Part shown: one piece after another, positions 53,768 to 64,000 of the stretch
Layout of the letters: each line of letters starts with the position of its first letter
Position numbering within the stretch: position 1 is the first letter of the stretch
Assembly: GCA_951406725.2 (NCBI GenBank)
Contig: OX597822.1
Location: 45,818,001-45,882,000 of the forward strand
DNA from: Octopus vulgaris
Lineage: Eukaryota
Direction of reading: 5' to 3'
Length of the DNA stretch: 64,000 nucleotides
The notes under the pieces: model-generated
Databases searched by the model: none
Told to the model about the DNA's origin: nothing
Seen by the model: only the letters and a program-made list of their open reading frames with translations
Position numbers and translations under genes: made by a program

Positions 53768-53881
53768 CTCTTCTGTCTGTGCATCCCAAGTATTGTTGGT
53801 GATACCATTGTTAAATTGCCATGTACCGAGACACACAGGAGTCACTTTCAGATCGGTGCCGGGAAGGGTTATGTGTTCCAT
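53768..53881 (-). CDS. Aldo-keto reductase exon 1 (start codon)
   Basis: ATG at 53881. Encodes MEHITLPGTDLKVTPVCLGTWQFNNGITNNTWDAQTEE, then donor GTGAG. Typical AKR N-terminus 'LG.WQF'. Confidence 0.92.
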
Positions 53882-56800
53882 GGTTGATTCGATCTTGAAT
53901 AAAGAAATCCGAAGTTACGAGTTCTAAGCCGGGAAAGAAGAAATGGTGTGGTGAAAGGAGAACTATAAGTGAAAGTGGGAGGAGGAGAACTGAAAGAGAA
54001 TGTAGCGATGGTGGTTGTGGTGCTGAGGGTTATAACAGGAGGAGGAGGAGAAGGAAGAATATTATGGTAATGTTACAGATGGATAAAGAAGCAGGAGAAG
54101 ATATGTAAGAAGTAGTGAGAGATGGGAAGAGGAGGTGTTCATAGTGGTAGTAGAGGAAGGGAAATAAAGATATTTTAATATGGTAGTTGTGGTAGGAGGG
54201 AATTCACACGCTAGTCATGAGGGTAGCGGTGGTGGAGATGTAAGCTATAGTAGGGGGAAGAAGAAACATTAAAAGTATTCTAGGTAGGGGTCACAATGGT
54301 GGTGATTGTAACAGTGGTGGTAGTAGTAAGAGATAGAAACATTAGGTAACCCTAGGTCAGCCCCGATCAAACCGGCATGTAATAAAAAATGTTCCTTTTG
54401 TGACAATCCAGCCTTTGTTTGTTATTTTTTTTTAAACATAATGTACCCTGGACTATCCTATATGTCATTAGTTTTCTTTAGGCAGATAGGGTATGATTTG
54501 AAGGAGATTTGGCTGCCATTTCTAGCATGCTGAACGACCACGTAGAAACACCACTTGACTACTTACTGCTGCTGGTGGTGGTGATAGTGAGTGGTGGAGA
54601 CAGAAATAAAGTGAGTTACAATGTAGTAAACGTGCTGAGAATATATATATATTTCTTTACTACCCACAAGGGGCTAAAATGCTGAGAATATATATAGTTA
54701 TGTTGGTGGTACCCTGTAGTGATAGCGAGAGATGGAAATATAAGGTGACATTGTCTGAAAGTAGTAGTCACAGATAAGATCAAAGTGGAAGTTGTCTTAG
54801 TAAAAGGACGATGCAAGGAAATGATGTCGCTGGTGCGGAAATGAAACTTATGAAAGCTTTATTGTAATTCCACTCACGTCTGGGATGTGTCAGAGAAATA
54901 ATAATATCGTCCCTTGTACTTGAGTTTATTTTACCGACTCTTCAAAGCTCACTTCGGCGGAACGTGAATGAACTCAGAATTTAAAAGGCTGTTGTAATTA
55001 GATTCTGAAAAGGTATTATTGTGAAACAACGATCTGCGTCGAACAAACCACATCTGTAAGATTGTCAAGATGGTTGAGGGTGTCTTAGCACCACTCAGCC
55101 GCTTAAAAAAAATTTGTCCGACGCGCACACAAGAATGATAGTCCGTGTTGAGAAAAGTCCAGTAAGTTTACTTTCTGTGAACATGACGGTCTCAGTAGCA
55201 TTATAAACCCCCAGGCAAACCACTACAGCTGGGCCCTTTGGTATTTATTCATTGACAGCAAGCCACAGCATACGTAGATAAGAATTGGCCCCTAGATCTA
55301 TGAGGCTCCCAAGCAACTGCAAAAATGTGCTCGTGACTTAAGATGGTACTAACTGTGAGATTCCTAAGTTACGCACTGGCCTTGTTTGTCCCCTCTGTGT
55401 TTAGCCCCTTGGGTAGTAAAGAAATAGGTACTAACTGTGAGACATTTCTCTTTAAGATGTACGTATGTGCGCCCGCACAAAAATTAATATTCATACGAAA
55501 CAGTATATGCGAGGACAGTTGAACAAAACAGAATTACCGAAAAACGATTGACCGAATTGCTCAAATCAATAATCAATCGAATTATAGTATGTAGTTTCGA
55601 GTTCAGTCCCACTGCGCAGTACCTTGGGTATGTGCCTTCTACAATAGCCCCAAGGATGTCCGATGCCTTGTGAGTGGATTTGGCAGACGAAAACTGTTTA
55701 CCCTTCACATGTGTGTGTATTTGCTGCCCATCACCGCTCAACAGCCGTGCTGGTTTGTTTCCATCCTCGTAACTTAGCTGTTCACCAAAAGGAACAGAAC
55801 AAGTAGCAGATTTTAAAATAAGTACTGGGGTCGATTGCTTCAACTAAAACCCGTCAAGTTGGTACCTCCGCGTCGCTGTAGTCCAATGACTGAAACAAGA
55901 AAAAGATAAAAGAAAATATTAAAAAATAAATTAATAAATACAACGGTGTAATTTACTTATCTTTGAGCAAGTTAGTTTTATCAGGCCAAAAACAAATGTG
56001 TTTTAACTGTAAGCGTGACAGATATATAAGCATATGTGCAGATACCGAAATATGAGATTTCATATGTTCGAGAAGTATTTGAATTTTTTTTTTAAAGTCA
56101 GTTTGTAAGAAAATGTGACAATATAGCATTTAAACAATTCCTCTATATTCTGAAACTTGTAATTCGATTTTTAGTTTATTTGAGCAGGTGTGATATGAGT
56201 CTTTTATCTTCTACTTGTTTCAGTTAATGGAATGTGGTCATGCTGGGGCACCGCATTCAATGGTTTAATAGAACAAATTACTCCAAGTACGTTTTTTTTT
56301 TCCTTTGAAAGTCTGGTACTTATTCTATCGTTCTCTTTTGCCGAACTGCTATGTTACGGGGACGTAAACAAAGCAACACCAGTTGCCAAGCAGTTGGGAG
56401 ACAAACACACGCGCGCGCACACATGCATGTATATATTTATAATGAATGAGTGAAGTGGAAAATGGAATTACCAGGAATCTTTATTCAACACAATGATCAT
56501 TTCAACCGACCCTGCATCTGTCCCCTTACGGGTGGGATATTGCACAGCTAGTTATGTTTTTGCATCCATATTTGCAGGTTGCATTACGTCAGGTGTCGTG
56601 TTTTAAATAAGATACTACGCTGAATACACCCACTTTTGCTAGTCATGCTGTGGTCACCTGCAGGATGTTGGCTATACTATATATGTAAATATACTACATA
56701 AGTAATATTTTTATTAACAAACCCGAAAGGTTTTGCGAGTTACAGAGAGAAAGCTACTATGGAAGGCCCATAGTATAATAACTGTATAATATTAACTAAA

Positions 56801-57470
56801 TTTGACTGAAATTGATAGGTGAGCGATTTGTGAGTTCAATTCAGCCTGAGGTTAGCTCATCATTTTTCGTTCATTTATTTATATTTAAAAATTGTCACTT
56901 CAAATTGGAGAATGAATATCATTATAATATATATTAAATACACTTATTATATATATATATATATAGACGGTGCTGAGTTGTCAAACATTTAAACCAAATT
57001 TTCTCAAAACAATTTGTCCGACCGTCCCATAGGCCTCCCCTTTGAGAAACACTGATTTAACCTAAATTTGAGACACCGGCAAAAGAAGAAATAAAGATAG
57101 AATTTTCTTCTATTTCAAAGAATGCTTTATCGATTGCATTCTTACCTGGAATCGATTTTTGTAATTTTTTCAAGACTTATACACGCCCTGATACCGTCGT
57201 TATCTACATATCAAATTTGAGCGCGATCGGATGGAGGATGCCCGAGATCCTAGATGACACAGACAGACAGAACGGATTTAATATAATAATAATAATAATA
57301 TATATATATATATATATATATTTTCACTTTATTCAAATATATATATATATTGTTATATTTCGGAATGGTCATATTGCCAGTTTAGCCAATAAAAACACAC
57401 GCACTATATATTTGGTGTTATTTTGCTTCAGTGTTATTTATTTTTTACATCTTAATCTTAATCTTATTTT

Positions 57471-57515
57471 GGCCAGAGTTATTTCGTCACACTCCTGTGA
57501 CCGCATCAGTGGTCC
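57471..57515 (-). ncRNA. Degenerate hammerhead-like motif
   Basis: Minus strand: ggacca CTGATGC G GTCAC-aggagt-GTGAC GAAA TAAC TC tggcc. Stem II is intact, A9 is replaced by C, and stem III is poor. Confidence 0.4.
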
Positions 57516-57924
57516 TTTGTTTTCTTCTTTCTTATTTGTGTCTCCTTACTAACCATTTTGTATTTCTATTGTATGTCTTCATTTGCGCATGCGTATATCT
57601 CTATGTGCGTCTATGTTTATTTAGTGTGTGTATGTGGGGGGATGCCTGTAATATTTGTATCTTCTGTTTATATATGTTCATGTAATTTGTATTTTGTTTT
57701 TGTTGTTTTTGTTTATTCTTATTTTGTTCATGTGTTTACATCCACTTATTATTATCATTACGTATGCTTGTATGTATGTATGTATAACAACAATACTAGT
57801 AATAATAATAAATCGAATCGAAAAAAAAATATATATATATATATAGTTATTTATTTCTATTTGTTTATTTATCTGTGTATTTATTATTTTTATTTTATTT
57901 ATCTGTGTATTTATTATTTTTTTT

Positions 57925-58210
57925 TCGAGCAAATAGATAAAACTAGAACTGTACTCGAAAACAAACTTGATAATTTTTCAATCTTTTATATGTTAGGGGA
58001 AAAATATGGAGTCGATGCAGGAATCGGAATTCAGAGATCCAAGAATATATCTATTGAGCCCCAACGACATTATAAAATGCTTTATAACAAAATTATCAGT
58101 ACAATAGTTGACCAAATAAAAGCACAATATTCATCCTTAGAAGAGTTTAAATTCATGGAACTTTCGAATTTCAACAAGTTTGATGAGTATTGCAAACAAT
58201 TTAAAAATCA
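57925..58210 (+). mobile_element. Probable hAT transposase fragment
   Basis: Non-low-complexity stretch ...YKMLYNKIISTIVDQIKAQYSSLEEFKFMEL... resembles hAT C-terminal regions. An hAT-like end (cgcacgccactg) lies at about 58636-58646. Confidence 0.45.
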
Positions 58211-58212
58211 TG

Positions 58213-58472
58213 GGTACTATTTAAGAAGAGTGGTCCCGGTGCATGCACCCGAGCATCCACGCCAGCTAGTCGTGACTAGTCGATGCTTACTTTGTGTTTT
58301 TGTGTTTTATTTACTTTGTTTAAAACATTATTTACTTTGTGTTTTTGTGTTTTATATATTTTGTTTAAAAAATTTATTTACTTTGCTAGATAGTCGTAGG
58401 ATCGCCTAGTCACGACTAGCCAGCGCGGATGCATGAGCAAGCACAACGGGACCACTCTTCTTAAATAGTACC
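58213..58472. mobile_element. MITE with long terminal inverted repeats
   Basis: ggtactatttaagaagagtggtcccg / cgggaccactcttcttaaatagtacc is a perfect 26-bp match, and imperfect pairing extends to about 70 bp. Confidence 0.85.
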
Positions 58473-60113
58473 AGGGCAACGTTTTTTTTTAATTCTAGGT
58501 CATATGGGGGTGATTGCATATTCAGAATCTCCCATATGTAAATCGTAGGAATTCAAAAATTTTTTTACTGAAAAATTGCCGGGGGGTGGGGGGGAGGCAA
58601 AGAAATTCATTGCATGCCCAACCCCAGAAGTCACCGCACGCCACTGGTATGTATATATGTATGTGTGTATATATATATATATATATAGGAGTGGCTGTGT
58701 GGTAAATAGCTTGCTTACCAACCACATGGTCCCAGGTTCAGTCCCACTGCATGGCACCTTGGGCAAGTGTCTTCTACTATAGCCTTGTGAATGGATTTGG
58801 TAAATGGAAACTGGAAGAAGCCCATCATATATGTATATATATGTATGTGTGTCTGTGTTTGCCCCCCAACATCACCTGACAACCGATGCTGGTGTGTTTA
58901 CGTCCCCGTAACTTAGCTGTTCGGCAAAAGAGACCGATAGAATAATTATTAAGCTTACAAAGAATATGCTCTGGGGCCAATTTGCTCAACTAAAGGTGGT
59001 GCTCCAGCATGGCTGCAGTCAAATGACTGAAACAAGTAAGATAGTATGTATGTGTATATATTTGTTATCTGCTTCTGTGTTTGTCCCTACACCATTGCCG
59101 GACAACTGATGTTGGTGTGTTTACGTCCCTGTAACTTAGTGCTTCAGCAAAAAGATATGTACTAGGCTTACAAAGAATAAGTCCTGTGGTCGATTTGTTC
59201 GACTAAAAGGCAGTGCTCCAGCATGGCGGCAGTCAAATGACTGAAACAAGTAACAGAATAAAAGAATAACATAAGAACCCAGAAATTTGGTTCAAGGAGT
59301 TTTAGTACTTTTAATGATAACAAACACTTTGAAAGAGAACATTTGAAGGTATTTAATGTGAAGATTCAATCGTGCAACTGATAAGAACACATTATCATAT
59401 GTCCTGATAATGATTATTTGCAGTAATAGGTGTTCTTTTATCAGCTATTTTTTAATTGTTTTAGTTATTGGGCTGAGACCCTGCTGGGGCACTGCTTTGA
59501 AGAAAGAACTTCAGTTGAACAAATCCATCGTGGTACATTTTTTGTCCTTTTTTTTTTCCTAAGCCTGGTACTTACTCGATTGGTCTCTTATTGCTGAACT
59601 GCTAAGTTACAGAAGGGTAAGGCAAAAACAGACACAAAGACACAGATGTGAAATTACATTTGACCCTCTGGCCAATAACTGATGAGGACTTGCTGACAAA
59701 TGTTGTGATCAATAATAAATTCTCATATATTCCATCTTCCGTCTTTCATTTGCCATATCATCATCATCATCATCGTTTAACGTCTGTTTCCATGCTAGCA
59801 TGGGTTGGACGGTTCGATTGGGGTCTGGGAAGCCAGGGGGCAGCACCAGGCTCCAGTCTGATCTGGCAGTGTTTCTACTGCTGGATGCCCTTCCTAATGC
59901 CAACAACTCCATGAGTGTACTGGGTGCTTTTTATGTGCCACCAGCACAGGGGCCAGGGGAGGCCGGCAATCGGTTGGTGCTTTTTACATGTCACTGGCAC
60001 AGGAGCCAGTCAAGGCAGTGCTGGCATCAGCCATCATGTCCGGATGGTGCTTATTACATGCCACCAGCATAGAGATCACAACTCCGATTTCCATTTGATT
60101 TGCATTTTGATGT

Positions 60114-60179
<66 letters not shown>

Positions 60180-61712
60180 CCGGGTTCAGTCCCACTGCGT
60201 GGCATCTTGGGCAAATGTCTTCTGCTATAGCCTCGGGCCGACCAATGCCTTGTGAGTGGATTTGGTAGACAGAAACTGAAAGAAGCCTGTCGTATATATG
60301 TATGTGTGTGTATGTGTTTGTGTGTTTGTCCTCCTAGCATTGCTTGACAACCGATGCTGGTGTGTTTGCGTCCCCGTCACTTAGCGGTTCGGCAAAAGAG
60401 ACCGATAGAATAAGTACTGGGCTTACAAAGAATAAGTCCCGGGGTCGATATGGTCAACTAAAGGCGGTGCTCCAGCATGGCCGCAGTCAAATGACTGAAA
60501 CAAGTAAAAGAGTAAAAAAGAATATGTATGTATGTATGTATGTGAAGGTGCATGGTTCAGTAGTTAGAGCGGCGAACTTACAATCGTGAGGTTGTGAGTT
60601 CAATTCCCAGACTGGGCTATGTGTTGTGTTCTTGAGCAAGCATGGGTGGGATGGTTTGACAGGAGCCAGCCAGGCCAAAGCCTGTACCAGACTTCTGTGA
60701 CTGTTTTGGCAGGATTTTTACAGCTGGATGCCCTTACTAACACCAACAACTTTAAAGTGTGGACTGCGTAGCACCTGCACTGACAGGGTCACCAAGTACT
60801 TGCAACACAAAACAAAGAAAGAAAAGAAAATGCTAAAATCTTTTTTAGGATGCTTTATTGTTAAAAAGTATAGAAGCAGATGTGTTGTGTAAGGTTAATT
60901 TTGAAGATCTGATCACAGATTTTGCAATTAAAAAAATTTTTTCAGATATAAATAGAGTGGAAGTATACAAAAATAAACGTTATTTTCTGTATTACTCTTT
61001 GTAAATTTTGTTTCATTTTGGAAAGTAAAAATTTATCTTATGGTTTGTTATTGCATGTATTTTGAATTACATGCAGGTGGCACGTAAAAAACACCGTTTG
61101 AGTGTGGCCGTTGCCAGTACCGCCTGACTAGCCCTCATGCCGGTAGCACGTAAAAAGCACCCACTATACTCTCAGAGCTATAGAAACTCTGCCAGATCAG
61201 ATTGGAGCTTGGTGCAGCAATCTGAATCACAAGTCCCCAGTCAAACCGTCCAACCCATGCCAGCATGGAAAGTGGATGTTAAACGATAATGATGATGGGA
61301 GCACCAAAATATTTTTAAGTACTTAGGCTACTATGTGTCTTAATCCAGCCCTGGATGAAAGAGTCTACTGGGAGAAAAGTTTTAGGGTCCTTGGCATAGA
61401 GCTTTCTTCATTAACTTGTCTAAAGTATAGTGATGAGAAGAGAGGGAGGAGGAGAGAAAGACAAGTAAGTAAGAAATGCTTGAGAATAGATTACATAAGC
61501 TTAACAACATCCAGAGCAGAGACAATTATCATTGCTGTCAAAAAGGAAGAGATAGAGGAGGTGGCACACCAGTGTGTGGGAGGCTTGAGTGCATCTGAGA
61601 ATGACTTTATGAATGAGTCAGATGAATGACTCTTTTCTGGATGAAGTCAAGAATGTCTGTGTACAGCAGCAGCAGCTGCATTCCAACTGTGAGAGCAATA
61701 TACTCCACTGAG

Positions 61713-62045
61713 TGGAGGCGCAATGGCCCAGTGGTTAGGGCAGTGGACTCGCGGTTTCGATTCCCAGACCGGACGTTGTGAGTGTTTATTGAGCGAAAAC
61801 ACCTAAAGCTCCACGAGGCTCCGGCAGGGGATGGTGGTGATCCCTGCTGTACTCTTTCACCACAACTTTCTCTCACTCTTACTTCCTGTTTCTGTTGTAC
61901 CTGTATTTCAAAGGGCCGGCCTTGTCACTCTCTGTGTCACGCTGAATATCCCCGAGAACTACGTTAAGGGTACACGTGTCTGTGGAGTACTCAGCCACTT
62001 ACACGTTAATTTCACGAGCAGGCTGTTCCGTAACCGACGGAGTGC
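61713..62045 (+). mobile_element. tRNA-derived SINE family C; related copies at about 26990-27162 (-) and 7685-7990 (-)
   Basis: ggaggcgcaatggcccagtggttagggc (A-box) ... ggtttcgattccc (B-box). The body is shared with the other copies. Confidence 0.75.
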
Positions 62046-64000
62046 TTCCATACTCCAGTGAAGTCTTTGTCTGAGTTTTTTAGAGTGTCAATTATTATTG
62101 AGGACTGAGGCGGCGAGCTGGTAGAAACGTTAGTATGCCGGGCAAAATGCTTAGCGGCATTTTGTCTGTCTTTATGTTTTGAGTTCAAATTCTGCTGAGG
62201 TCGACTTTGCTTTTCATCCTTTTGGGGTCGATAAATTAAGTACTAGATATGTACTGGGTCGATCTAATCGACTGGCCCCTCCCCCCAAATTTCAGGCCTT
62301 GTGCCTAGAGTAGAAAAGAATAATTATTGAGGACTGAATCTATGTTTGCATGCTCGTGAATTAGTCGATTTGTGTAGCTTTCATCCATCAGAGTGTCTTT
62401 GAAAGATGGTAATACTCAGTGTGTCATTGCTCCTCACAGGAATACTATGGCTGTTGGGGTTTATACCCTCACCCTCCCTTAAAGCACAAACAACAGTAAT
62501 AATGTTTATACAGGGTTATCAGTCATTGATCTTTTGTTTGAAGAAATTATGGAGACACTACTTGATAAGGGCTGACTTGGGTTTAAACGACAACAACCAC
62601 CTTTGCCCTTGTTTTGATTAGAAATTCAGTACAGAAATCAGTTTATAGATTAAGAAAAGGTCCATTAAGGACTACCTGAAGTTGAAAAGTACTTGAACAT
62701 CATATTTTTATCTGTTGACTGTGACCTTGGATTTATATAAGCTGTCTATTTGGACTGTTGATAGGGGAAGGAATTGAAGTGGGTTAGAGAAATCATTCAT
62801 TAATGGGCTTTTGTTGTCGTAAAGGATTAAGATAAAAGATCCCTGTAACCCTAACTGTTGGTCTTTAGCCCCAGGTTAGTTCAAGAACTGATATATAATC
62901 AAGGCTGTTCTAGATGTGACAATTTTTTTTTCTCAGATATACTATATGTAGGACTATATTATGTAACATTTCTCCCCATTTTTAAGTAGATGTGATTTGA
63001 GAGAGATTTAACTGCTATTTCTAGTAGTTTTTGTTACCAGTTTATTAAGGTGACAGAGGTAAAGCATGAATGTGACACAATTTAATCTTCTGTGTGTTGG
63101 GAATTAGTGGGCTTGTCCCTTAGTAACAAAGCAGTTAGTGGGAGTGAGAAATTAGCTGAAATAACCAAGTGACTAATTAAATCCATCATATTAGTATCCA
63201 GTTATTTTGGGTTCTGAGTTCAAATGATGCCTCAGCCAACTTTTGTCTTCCCTCCAGTAGTAAATAAATTAAGATATAATTAAAAAATAAAACTCATCAA
63301 TAATTAACCAAAATCCATGCAGCCAATTTATAATAATCATCCACTTATGAAAACTGGCCCTGGACTGCTGTGCTTGAGAAGACACCTCACACTTATTGAA
63401 ACGATGGGCATAGTTGGTGCTGGTGACATGTTATAGACACTCTGTTAAGTGGTTGGCGTTAGGAATGGCATTCAGCCATAAAAACCATGCCGCAACAGGT
63501 GACTGAAGCCTAGTGCAGCACTCCAGCTTATCAGCTCCTGTCAAACCATCCAACCCATGCCAGCATGGAGAGCAGATGTTAAATGATGATGATGATGATA
63601 TTTAAGCAGAAAATGTTTCAATTCTCAGTTAAGCTCTTTCGCTTTACTGAATGTACTAAATTCATTTTTGAAAGCTAACACAACACATTGCATTTCTCCA
63701 TTCTTCTTGGTAGAATCTTGAATCCCAAAAAGACGATTCTGCAATTCCTTGATGAATGTCTCCACGACCACCAAGACAAACGGTTTGTTTATAGTGATCA
63801 AAGTCTTGTATCATACATTAGCTCACTCCCTCCATCAAATGTAAAAATGATTGCAGAACAATACACGATGAAGTGTTTTGCTTAAGAATACAATGAACTG
63901 CCTGGGGTAGGAATTGAAACCACAATTTTATGATTGTGAGTGCAACACTTCAACCACCAATATTTCAATTCATCAACTGAATTGGGCTGTTAAGTATTTA

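Noticed and set aside
56485-56545. GAAA-TGATCA-TT palindromic stem III-like motif on -
   Set aside because: No recognisable CUGANGA core upstream.
57558-58409. 283-aa ORF
   Set aside because: Mostly low-complexity AT-rich sequence plus a MITE. Only the middle part looks like a transposase relic.
59670-59720. CTGATGAG on +
   Set aside because: No downstream stem II-GAAA or UH/stem I.
61713-61790. tRNA-like sequences
   Set aside because: They are SINE heads with A/B boxes but no complete cloverleaf, and they continue into repeat bodies.

Overview
AT-rich, repeat-dense animal genomic DNA. It is most likely a coleoid cephalopod (octopus), inferred from the recalled SINE families and microsatellite load, not from a search. 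Two spliced genes lie tail-to-tail. (1) On + are the last four coding exons of a chondroitin polymerizing factor / chondroitin sulfate synthase 2 (CHPF-like) gene (558-691, 6287-6405, 15528-15641, 16670-17805). (2) On - is a complete 8-exon, 336-aa aldo-keto reductase of the bacterial AKR11-like type (53881 to 26503). Introns and flanks hold tRNA-derived SINEs, LINE remnants (Penelope, RTE, CR1-like), a full-length dead mariner, a Chapaev3-like transposon, Helitron/hAT remnants and MITEs. The main hidden signal is a set of minimal type I hammerhead ribozyme (HHR) motifs in several different short repeat elements (about 6.0, 10.1, 10.4-10.5, 11.9, 16.2, 43.0 and 57.5 kb). They include a tRNA-headed SINE carrying an HHR, fold-back elements with an HHR between the arms, and a G3-C8 core-swapped pair. 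Nearly all intronic copies are antisense to the host gene. All structures were read by eye and none was computed.
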